NCBI GenBank assembly: GCA_965227515.1
Contig: CBDDFZ010000002.1
Location: forward strand, 480,001-544,000
Origin: Alphaproteobacteria bacterium
Lineage (GTDB): Bacteria > Pseudomonadota > Alphaproteobacteria > CALKHQ01
DNA length: 64,000 nucleotides
Direction: 5' to 3'
The translations under genes were made by a program, and so were the position numbers. Positions 19,980 to 29,245 of this stretch are shown in pieces (the stretch's first letter is position 1; every line of letters starts with the position of its first letter). The notes under the pieces were generated by a model. The model was given only the letters and a program-made list of their open reading frames with translations, did not search any database and was not told where the DNA came from.

Positions 19980-20899
19980 GGCTGCGCCGGCCCGACATCG
20001 AACTGGCCGCCGCCCTGACCGTGCTGGTCGCGGCGGGCGTGGCGACGCCGTTTCTGTTCAGCAACTATTGGACGCTGGTGGCGCTCAACCTGGCGATGTG
20101 GATCGCGCTGACCCAGAGCTGGGCCCTGTTCTCCGGCATGACCGGGTACATCTCGCTCGGCCACGTGGTGTTCTACGGCATCGGCGCCTATGTCGCGGTG
20201 TCGACCTTCGGGTCGCTGCCCTTGTACCTGTCCGTTCCGCTGGGCGGTCTGGTCGCCGCGATCTTCGCGTTGATCGTCGCGATCCCGGTGCTGCGGGTCC
20301 GCGGCCCCTACTTCGTCATCCTGACACTGGGGCTGGCGGAGCTGGTCAAGTACTCCGTGCTCAACCTGGAAACCGCGCTCGGCCAGTCCAGCCGGCTCCT
20401 GTTCGGTGCGCCGACGGCGGATATCCTGCTCTTCGTCATGATCGGCTTGGCCGTGGCGGCCAGCTTGATCGCCCACGTTGCCCGGGCGACGCGGTTCGGC
20501 CGGGGGCTGGTGGCGATCCGCGAGGACGAGGTCGCGGCGGAGACCGTGGGCGTACCGGTGGTGCGCTACAAGGTGATCGCGTTTGCGGCGTCCGCGGCGA
20601 TCCCCGGCATGGTCGGCGGCCTGATGGCGATGCGGACGTCGTATTTCGAGGTGCTGCAGGTCTTCAACCCGGTCATATCCTTCACCATTGTCACCATGGG
20701 GATCATCGGCGGCAGCGCGGACGCCCGCGGGCCGCTGTTGGGGGCGCTGTTCCTGGTGGTGCTGTCCGAGCTGCTGTGGACCAACGCGCCGCAGCTCTAC
20801 ATGATCCTGCTGGGCCTGTTCCTGATCGGGTTCGTCCTGCTGGCGCCGGGCGGCATGATCGGCCTGCTCAACCGCCGGCCGCGCGGTGCCGGATCATGA
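19976..20899 (+). CDS. LivM-like ABC permease
   Basis: GYISLGHVVFYGIGAY, RGPYFVILTLG, AIREDE. Confidence 0.9.
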   Translation: MRLRRPDIELAAALTVLVAAGVATPFLFSNYWTLVALNLAMWIALTQSWALFSGMTGYISLGHVVFYGIGAYVAVSTFGSLPLYLSVPLGGLVAAIFALIVAIPVLRVRGPYFVILTLGLAELVKYSVLNLETALGQSSRLLFGAPTADILLFVMIGLAVAASLIAHVARATRFGRGLVAIREDEVAAETVGVPVVRYKVIAFAASAAIPGMVGGLMAMRTSYFEVLQVFNPVISFTIVTMGIIGGSADARGPLLGALFLVVLSELLWTNAPQLYMILLGLFLIGFVLLAPGGMIGLLNRRPRGAGS

Positions 20900-21627
20900 G
20901 CCTGCTGGAAGTGGAGCGGGTCTCCAAGTTCTTCGGCGGCCTGCGCGCCCTGGGCGACGTGACCTTCGCGGTGGAGGCCGGGGAGACCGTTGGCCTGATG
21001 GGCGCCAACGGGGCCGGCAAGACCACGCTGTTCAGCATCATCGCCGGCAACGAGCGGGCAAGCGACGGCGCCATCCGTTTCGACGGCCGTCCCATTGCCG
21101 GCTTGCGGCCGCATCGCATCTGCCGGCTCGGCATCGCGCGCACGTTCCAGAATGTTCGCCCGTTTCCGGGGCTGAGCGTGCGCGAGAATGTCGAGGTCGC
21201 CATGTCGTTCGGCGATGCCACGGCGGCGCATGGCGCCGCGTTGTCGCGCGGTGCGGTCGACATCCTGGACGAGGTTGGCCTGGCCGACCAGGCCGACAAG
21301 CCCGCCGGTGCGCTGACCCTGTCCGGGCGCAAGCGGCTGGAGGTGGCGCGCGCCCTGGGCACGCGGCCGGCACTGCTGCTGCTGGACGAGGTGATGGCGG
21401 GCCTGACCCCGTCCGAGGTTGTCGACATGCTGGAGACTGTGAAGAGCGTCAGGCGGACCCGCCAGTTGACGATCGTCATCGTGGAGCACGTCGTGCGCGC
21501 CCTGATCGAGCTGTCGGAGCGCATCATCGTGCTCCATCATGGCGAACTGATCGCCGCCGGCACGCCGGCCGCCGTGACCGCGGACCCCGCCGTGCGCGCG
21601 GTCTATTTCGGCGAGGCCGAGGCATGA
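20896..21627 (+). CDS. LivG-like ABC ATP-binding protein
   Basis: GANGAGKTT, GIARTFQ, LLLLDE, VEH. Confidence 0.92.
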   Translation: MSLLEVERVSKFFGGLRALGDVTFAVEAGETVGLMGANGAGKTTLFSIIAGNERASDGAIRFDGRPIAGLRPHRICRLGIARTFQNVRPFPGLSVRENVEVAMSFGDATAAHGAALSRGAVDILDEVGLADQADKPAGALTLSGRKRLEVARALGTRPALLLLDEVMAGLTPSEVVDMLETVKSVRRTRQLTIVIVEHVVRALIELSERIIVLHHGELIAAGTPAAVTADPAVRAVYFGEAEA

Positions 21628-22337
21628 GCGCGTTCCTGCAGGTCAGCGGCCTCGGGTCGGGCTACGGCGATGTCCGGATCCTGCACGGTGTCGATATCGC
21701 CGTGGCGGCAGGGTCGATCACCGGCCTGATCGGGGCCAATGGCGCCGGCAAGACGACATTGATGCGCTGCCTGGCGGGCCTGCTGTCATCCACAAGCGGC
21801 AGCATTCGGCTGGAGGCGCAGTCCGTCGAGCCCTTGGCGTCCCATGCCCGCGTCGAGCTGGGCGTGGTGCTGGTGCCGGAGGGGCGGCTGGTCTTTCCGG
21901 AGATGAGCGTGGACGACAATCTGCGCGTCGGCGCGATCAGCCGGCGGGCCCGCGCCGCCTATGCCGATACGCTGGCGTCGGTGTTCGACTTGTTCCCACG
22001 GCTCAAGGAACGGCGGCGGCAGATGGCCGGCACGCTGTCGGGTGGCGAGCAGCAGATGCTGGCCCTGGGCCGCGGACTGATGGCACGCCCCCGGCTGTTG
22101 CTGCTCGACGAGCCCACGCTGGGACTGGCGCCGGGCGTGGCCAACCAGATCTTCGACCTGCTGCCGGAGATGGTGCGCATCGGTGTCACGATCCTGATCG
22201 CGGAGCAGGATGCGCGACGGACGCTCACCTGTGCCGACGACGCCTATGTTCTGGAAAACGGTCGGGTGACGATCAACGCCCCAGGTCTGTCTCTTCTCGA
22301 TAACCCGGAAATTTCAAAGGCATATCTGGGGATGTAG
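21624..22337 (+). CDS. LivF-like ABC ATP-binding protein
   Basis: GANGAGKTT, VPEGR, LSGGEQQM, LLLLDEP. Confidence 0.92.
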   Translation: MSAFLQVSGLGSGYGDVRILHGVDIAVAAGSITGLIGANGAGKTTLMRCLAGLLSSTSGSIRLEAQSVEPLASHARVELGVVLVPEGRLVFPEMSVDDNLRVGAISRRARAAYADTLASVFDLFPRLKERRRQMAGTLSGGEQQMLALGRGLMARPRLLLLDEPTLGLAPGVANQIFDLLPEMVRIGVTILIAEQDARRTLTCADDAYVLENGRVTINAPGLSLLDNPEISKAYLGM

Positions 22338-22508
22338 CGGCTGGCGGCCGCGGATCGACGAGCTGTGGGCCGCATCCAGGCGATGCAACGCTGCAAACGA
22401 TTTCACAAATGCGGCCATCCGACCTTGCCAAGCCGATAATTTGGTGAGACCTTCCGCGTCCATCGGCGTCATGCGAAGGAGCGTCGACCAAAATTGGGAG
22501 GATCCAAC

Positions 22509-23498
22509 ATGCATTATCGGCTTGCCGCCGCCATCACCGCGCCCGCCGTCGGTCTGGCGATGCTGTCAACCGCCGCCACTGCCGAGGAGTTCCGTGGCTG
22601 GAACATCCACGTGGCCGGCTACCCGAACACCGTCGCCATGGACCGTTTCGCCGAACTGGTCGAAGAGAAGACCGACGGCCGCATCACCATCAACATGTTC
22701 CACGATGGCGTGCTCGGCAACCAGCCCGACGCCATCGAGCAGGTCCGCATCGGCGCGATCGAGATCGGCAACTTCAACCTCGGCCCGATCGGTCCGGTCG
22801 CCGACGCCGCCAACGTGGTGTCGCTGCCGTTCGTGTTCCGTGACGTCGAGCACATGCACCACGCCATGGACGGCGAGGCCGGCGACATGATCAGCGCCTC
22901 GATGGAAGAGAAGGGCCTGGTCGCGCTGGCCTGGTACGACAGCGGCGCGCGCTCGTTCTACAACTCGGTCCGCCCGATCTACACCGTCGCGGATGTCGAG
23001 GGCCTGAAGATCCGGGTCATGAACAACGACCTCTACTCGATGATGATCAACGAGCTTGGCGGCAACCCGTCGCCGATGGCGTTCGCCGAGGTCTACTCCG
23101 CGCTGGGCAACAGCGTGGTCGACGGTGCCGAGAACAACTGGCCGTCCTACGAGTCGACCGGCCACTTCGAGGTCGCCGGCTACTACTCGCTGTCGCAGCA
23201 CCTGATCATTCCGGAGTGCGTGTGCATCAACGCCGACGTCTACAACGGCCTGTCGGAAGAGGATCAGCAGGCGCTGTTCGATGCCGCCCGCGAGTCCGCC
23301 GTGCTGCAGCGCGAGCTGTGGGAAGAGCGCGAGGTCGCGAGCCGTGAGATCGTGATGGCCGCCGGCGTCGAGTTCAACGAGATCTCGCCGGAAGACAAGG
23401 CCGAGTTCCAGGCCGCGATGGCCCCGGTCTATGAGGGCTTCTTCGAGCAGAACCCGCACCTGAAGGAACTGGTCGACCTGATCATCGCGACCGAATAG
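22509..23498 (+). CDS. dctP: TRAP transporter substrate-binding protein (DctP family)
   Basis: Signal peptide, GLKIRVM, EVYSAL...VDGAENN. Confidence 0.92.
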   Translation: MHYRLAAAITAPAVGLAMLSTAATAEEFRGWNIHVAGYPNTVAMDRFAELVEEKTDGRITINMFHDGVLGNQPDAIEQVRIGAIEIGNFNLGPIGPVADAANVVSLPFVFRDVEHMHHAMDGEAGDMISASMEEKGLVALAWYDSGARSFYNSVRPIYTVADVEGLKIRVMNNDLYSMMINELGGNPSPMAFAEVYSALGNSVVDGAENNWPSYESTGHFEVAGYYSLSQHLIIPECVCINADVYNGLSEEDQQALFDAARESAVLQRELWEEREVASREIVMAAGVEFNEISPEDKAEFQAAMAPVYEGFFEQNPHLKELVDLIIATE

Positions 23499-23527
23499 CC
23501 GTTTCCGCACGGCATTTCGATTGGACG

Positions 23528-23562
23528 GGCGGGTGGCGCGACAGTGCTGCCCGCCTTTGTTT
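23528..23562 (+). terminator. Stem-loop after dctP (terminator/mRNA stabiliser)
   Basis: GGCGGGTGGCGC-GACA-GTGCTGCCCGCC followed by TTTGTTT. Confidence 0.6.
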
Positions 23563-23635
23563 GCCACATCGTTCCTTGTGCTAGCGCACAGACTTCAGCG
23601 TAGGCTGATTGCGATTGGCCAGGAGTTGCGCGGCG

Positions 23636-24136
23636 GTGCTTGAGAAATTCGAGCGTGTGCTGGACATCCTCAGCCGTGCCTGCCTGATCGTGGCCGGCGT
23701 GGCCATCGTCGTGCTGACGGTGATCTTCGGCATCCTGGTCTACGGCCGCTATGTGGAGAACGAGACGCCGACCTGGGTGGAACAGGTCGCGCTGCTGCTC
23801 ATCTTCGTCATCACCTTCCTGGGCGCGGCGTCCGGCATTCACGAGAACCGCCACCTCAGCGTGTCGATGTTCCGCGACCGGGCGCCCCGGCACCTGCGGT
23901 TCGCGCTGTTCCTGCTCTCTTTCACGGTCCTGGCCGCGTTCGGCGTGGTGATGGTGCTGAACAGTTTCGATCTCGTGCTGGCGGAGTGGGACTCCCTGAT
24001 CCCGCTGATCGGTGTGCCGAAGGGCGCGCGCTCGATCCCCATGGTCATCTGCGGCGCGCTGATCTTCCTGTTCTGCGTCGGACACATCATCCGCCTTTTC
24101 CGGGGCACCGAGCCCCCTCGCCACGACACCGACTGA
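23636..24136 (+). CDS. dctQ: TRAP transporter small permease
   Basis: Four TM helices, GRYV...PTWVEQ, HLSVS; GTG start after AGGAG. Confidence 0.88.
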   Translation: MLEKFERVLDILSRACLIVAGVAIVVLTVIFGILVYGRYVENETPTWVEQVALLLIFVITFLGAASGIHENRHLSVSMFRDRAPRHLRFALFLLSFTVLAAFGVVMVLNSFDLVLAEWDSLIPLIGVPKGARSIPMVICGALIFLFCVGHIIRLFRGTEPPRHDTD

Positions 24137-24179
24137 TGGCCCGTACGGACACCATGTGCGCTAGAGCGCTGAGCACCCC

Positions 24180-25478
24180 ATGAGCCTCGTCGTCCTGTTC
24201 GGCCTGTTCTTCGGCGGGGTCGTCATCGGCATGCCGGTCGCCTTCGCGCTCGGCGTGGCGGGCTTCGGCGCCATCCTCTACGAGGGCTTCCCGCTGTCGT
24301 TGGCGTTCCAGCGCATCGTGGCGGGTGTCGGCGTACACTCGCTGGTCGCGATCCCGTTCTTCATCTTCGCCGGCGAGCTGATGAACCACGGCGGCATCGC
24401 CAAGCACCTTGTGCGCCTGGCCTCGTCGGCGGTCGGCTGGGTGCGCGGCGGCCTGGGCCTGGTCAATGTCTTCGCCTCAATGCTGTTCGGCGGCATCTCC
24501 GGTTCGGCGGTGGCCGACATCTCCGCGCTTGGCTCGATCCTGATGCCGGTGATGAAGGAGAAGGGCTACGACGACGATTACGCGGTGAACGTCACCGTCA
24601 CCTCGTCGCTGGCCGGCATCGTCATCCCGCCCAGCCATAACATGATCCTGTATGCGGTCGCGGCAGGCGCGGGCAGCGGCATCTCGGTCGCCAGCCTGTT
24701 CATGGCCGGCGTCATCCCCGGCATCCTGATGTGCCTGTGCTTGGCCGCCGCGGCCTACATCGTCGCGATCAAGCGCGGCTACGGCAAGGAACCGTTCCCC
24801 GGCCTGGTGGCGCTGGCGGTCCACTTCGCCTACGCGCTGCCGGGGCTGTTCACGGCGGTCATCATCGTCGGCGGCGTGCTCTCCGGCGTGTTCACGGTCA
24901 CGGAATCGGGCGCGTTCGGCGCACTCTATGCCGCCGCCGTCACCGCCATCCTCTACCGGCGGCTGACCTGGGAGAACTTCAAGAAGGCGGTCGTCGGCGC
25001 GGTGCGCACCACCTCGATGGTGATGATCCTGATCGCCTGCGCGTCGGTGTTCGCCTACATGCTGACCATCAACCGTGTGCCGTCACTGATGGTCGATGCG
25101 CTGGTCGGCATCTCCAACGACCCGATCATGATCCTGCTGATGATCAACCTGATCCTGCTGCTGCTCGGCATGATCATGGACATGGCGGCGCTGATCCTGA
25201 TCTGCACGCCGATCTTCCTGCCGGTGGTCACCGCCATCGACATGGACCCGCTGCAGTTCGGCATCGTCCTGATGATGAACCTGGGTCTGGGCCTGTGCAC
25301 GCCGCCGGTGGGGGCCTGTCTGTTCGTCGGCTGCTCCATAGGCAAGGTGCCCATAGAGCGCGCCGTGAAGACGATCTGGCCGTTCTACATCGCCATCCTG
25401 GTCGCGCTGATGCTGACCACGTTCGTTCCGGAGCTGACGCTGACCATCCCGGAGTGGATCAAGGAAAGCCCTGATTAG
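24180..25478 (+). CDS. dctM: TRAP transporter large permease
   Basis: AIPFFIFAGELM, GISGSAVAD, IPPS, TPPVG. Confidence 0.93.
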   Translation: MSLVVLFGLFFGGVVIGMPVAFALGVAGFGAILYEGFPLSLAFQRIVAGVGVHSLVAIPFFIFAGELMNHGGIAKHLVRLASSAVGWVRGGLGLVNVFASMLFGGISGSAVADISALGSILMPVMKEKGYDDDYAVNVTVTSSLAGIVIPPSHNMILYAVAAGAGSGISVASLFMAGVIPGILMCLCLAAAAYIVAIKRGYGKEPFPGLVALAVHFAYALPGLFTAVIIVGGVLSGVFTVTESGAFGALYAAAVTAILYRRLTWENFKKAVVGAVRTTSMVMILIACASVFAYMLTINRVPSLMVDALVGISNDPIMILLMINLILLLLGMIMDMAALILICTPIFLPVVTAIDMDPLQFGIVLMMNLGLGLCTPPVGACLFVGCSIGKVPIERAVKTIWPFYIAILVALMLTTFVPELTLTIPEWIKESPD

Positions 25479-25496
25479 GGGGCTGGGGCTCGACGG

Positions 25497-25637
25497 CCCT
25501 CACCCTCCCGTCCGGCTGGGCCGGCCGGGTCCCTCCCTCTCCCAGAGGGAGAGGGGTCTGCCGCGTCGCCCGATAATCCCTCTCCCCGCGGGAGAGGGAG
25601 GGGCCCGCAAACCATAGGTTTGTGGGAGGGTGAGGGG
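25497..25637. repeat. CCCTCTCCC/GGGAGAGGG-type composite palindromic repeat
   Basis: Outer IR CCCTCACCCTCCC...GGGAGGGTGAGGG enclosing two CCCTCTCCC-n-GGGAGAGGG hairpins, between convergent genes. Confidence 0.75.
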
Positions 25638-25644
25638 GCTTCCC

Positions 25645-27219
25645 TCAGGGCTGCGCCAGGTGGGCGCGCCAGACCTCGGCGTCGACAGAGCCGTTGGCGC
25701 GGTAGTCGGCGACGTGGACGGCGAAGCGGTCGACGAACCGGATCAGATGGGTGTGGCCACGCGCTTCCAGTTCCTGGCGCACGGTGGCGAGTTGCGGCAG
25801 CACGGCTTCGGCCGTGTAGTTCTCCGCCACCACGATCACCGCCTCGACATAGGTCTCCATCGCGGTGTTCAGGCTAGCCTGCGCGAAGGCCAGGCTCTCG
25901 GCAAACGGGGAGGCGTCGGGCGCGCCGCCATCATCGGGACCGGAAACCGCGGCCTCCGCCTCGGCAATCTCGGCCAGCGCCTGGTATTTCTGCGCCTCGC
26001 CATGCACGTCCCAGCCGACCTCGGCGCCCAGGCCGACGAGATGGCGGATGATGCGCGTCTGCAGCCGCTCGTCGGCGCTGTCGTTGCGGCGCAGCATGGT
26101 CAGCACGCCCTCCAGCGCATCGCCCAGGGCCCGGTCCTCAACGCCGTCGGCAAGGTCGGCCAGCGCCGCCAGCGGGTCGTCGCCCAGCGCGATGGCATCG
26201 TTCACCGGGTCACTGCCGGCCGCGGTCAGGTCCACCCAGGCCTGCTCCACCGATTCCAGCCGCGCGACCGACGTCAGCACCGGGGCCGAGATCACCAGCC
26301 GGAAGCCGATGGTGCGCACGTGGTTGGCGCCATTCTCGTTGAAGTGCGCGACCTCCTGGCGATAGGAGGCGCGGATGTCGCGTTCCGACGTCAGGTAGTT
26401 GCCGCCGCGCACCACGAAGCCGCCGGCCTGGCCGTGCGGCCGGCCCAGGCGGTTGGCGCGGAACGGTTCCAGCATGATCTCGTCGGCATTGCCCAGCATG
26501 TCGTGCAGGCCGAGCGGGTTCGGCGCCAGCAACCCGGTGAGCTGCAGCCGCCCGTTGGCCGACCGCGATCCCTGGAACCAGACATGGCCGGTCAGCCCCT
26601 CCGGCATCGGGAACACCCGGTCGCGGAACACGTCGGCAGAGACGGTGATGCCGCCGCGCACCGCATACTCCCACTCCACTTCGGTCGGCAGCCGCAGGAA
26701 CGGCGTCGCGCCGTCGGCATCCGGCAGCAGGTCGCGGGCGTTGGCCAGCAGCCACTCGGTGTAGACGGCCGACAACGATGCGGCGTCGATCCAGGTGACG
26801 GCGGTCACCGGCAGCCGGTCGGCGGGGGTCGGGTCGGAACATTCGCCACGGATGGCGGCCGCCTGTCCCTCGGTCACCTCGTACTTGCCGATCCAATAGA
26901 GGCGGCGGGCCGGATCATCCGGGTCGACGAAGGCGCCGGCCAGGTAGTCGAACCGTGCGCCCTCTGAGTAGCCAAAGCGCTCGTCGCCGGCGCCGATCAG
27001 GATGCGGCGGTCGCCGAGCGCGCCGTCGCTGGGCACCGCCACCGGGCGGAACGTCATCGCGCCGCCGCAGGGCATCGGCAGCACCAAGTCGCCCGGCGCC
27101 GGCTGGTTGTTGTAATTGCGTTCCGGCCAGGTGATCGCACCCGGGGCAGCTTCATCTTGGGCGGCGGCGGATGCGCCCAGCAGCACCATTAGGGCTGCGG
27201 AAATTGCGCTATATCGCAC
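25645..27219 (-). CDS. tagR: TagR-like FGE-sulfatase-domain periplasmic protein
   Basis: Signal peptide; GDLVLPMPCGG, IGKYEVT, RLPTEVEWEYA, NPLGLHDMLGN, VVRGG, GFRL; helical C-terminal extension as in P. aeruginosa TagR. Confidence 0.8.
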   Translation of the reverse strand: MRYSAISAALMVLLGASAAAQDEAAPGAITWPERNYNNQPAPGDLVLPMPCGGAMTFRPVAVPSDGALGDRRILIGAGDERFGYSEGARFDYLAGAFVDPDDPARRLYWIGKYEVTEGQAAAIRGECSDPTPADRLPVTAVTWIDAASLSAVYTEWLLANARDLLPDADGATPFLRLPTEVEWEYAVRGGITVSADVFRDRVFPMPEGLTGHVWFQGSRSANGRLQLTGLLAPNPLGLHDMLGNADEIMLEPFRANRLGRPHGQAGGFVVRGGNYLTSERDIRASYRQEVAHFNENGANHVRTIGFRLVISAPVLTSVARLESVEQAWVDLTAAGSDPVNDAIALGDDPLAALADLADGVEDRALGDALEGVLTMLRRNDSADERLQTRIIRHLVGLGAEVGWDVHGEAQKYQALAEIAEAEAAVSGPDDGGAPDASPFAESLAFAQASLNTAMETYVEAVIVVAENYTAEAVLPQLATVRQELEARGHTHLIRFVDRFAVHVADYRANGSVDAEVWRAHLAQP

Positions 27220-28461
27220 GGAGGCCCTCCGCCGGTGAGATGCGCACCACGCGGCGCCCGGCCGCGGTGGCGGCGGCGCCCGCGACCGCCAGCGTCAGCG
27301 CCAGGCCGGCCAGCGCATGCAGCGGGTGAATGCGGCACACGCTCTCGCCCGACACCAGTTCGCTGGCGAACACGCCGTTGATGATGGCGCCGACGATGTA
27401 AGCCAGCGCGATGGCGCCGATACCGCCTGCGAGCGCGATGCCCAGGCTCTGCGAGACCGGAAACGCGACCAGGGCGCGGCGTTGCAGGCCGATCAGTTGC
27501 AGCACGCTCAGCGCCTGGCGCTTGCGCTCCACATTGGCCCACAGGCTGGCCGCCAGGCTGACGGCGTAGCCGGCACCGCCAATGATCGCGATGATCCAGA
27601 AGATCGCGCTCAGGCTGCGGTCCAGATTCTGAATCGCGTCGATGTCGGCCAGCCGGCTGCGCACGTCCTGGCCGCCGGCCAGTACGTCGTCCTGCAATTG
27701 CGCCACGTCGTCCATGCTGCCGGCGTAGAGGCGAAAACTGGCATAAATGCGGGGCGTGGGCGGTGGCGGGTCGTCGGCGTAGCCCCAGGCGGGCACCGCG
27801 CGGCCGTCGCGGAAGTCCTCCGCCGCCACCAGCAGGTCGAGCGGCGCGAAGGCGGCGGCGCGGGCGAACGCCACCGGCGGCAGCACGCCGGCCACGGTCA
27901 GCGGCACCCGGGCGATCTCCCGCCCGCTGTCGCGGGTGCGCACCACGATGCCTTCGACCGTATCGCCGGCCGCCACGTCCAGGGTCTGGGCCGCGCGGTC
28001 CGACAGCACGATCTCGCCCTCTGACGGCGGCGCCAGTTCCGCCAGCGCCAGCACCGGGTCGCCGGCTGCCGAGGGCACCAGTTCCACCGTCACCACGGCG
28101 GCGCGGCCCGGCTCGGTCACGGTCAGGTCGACGGTGGTGGCGATCTGGCGGGTGCGGGGAATGACGAAGCCGACGTCGTCGCGGGCGGCCATGGCGTCGA
28201 ACCAGTCGCCGTCATAGCGCCCGGCGCCGATGGGCGTGATTTCCAGGTTGCGCGGGTCGGAGGTGAGGCGCGTCGTCATGGTGTCGATCAGCCCGAACTT
28301 CAGCCCGAACAGCACCAGCAGCGGGGTCAGAACCGCGACCAGGGCGGCGATGAAACACGCGCTCAAGCCCTTTTCCGCCAGTAGATCGGCCACCGCCAGC
28401 CGGGCCGACTGGCCGATCAGGCGCCAGCGGACCGCGCCGCTATCCGTGTCGGCGGCCACAC

Positions 28462-28465
<4 letters not shown>
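27209..28465 (-). CDS. tagS: TagS-like FtsX/LolE-type ABC permease
   Basis: LSACFIAALVAVLTPLLVLFGLKFGL...SDP; large periplasmic loop; ANVERKR...LQLIG; three C-terminal TMs. Confidence 0.82.
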
Positions 28466-29205
<740 letters not shown>

Positions 29206-29245
29206 CTGAAAACACCGTGTGGCAGTCGCACGCAGATGCGTGCGG

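Noticed and set aside
11221-25478. Integrase-type genomic island with attL/attR at tRNA-Thr
   Set aside because: No integrase, and I did not spot a duplicated tRNA 3' end by eye; only the IS remnant is supported
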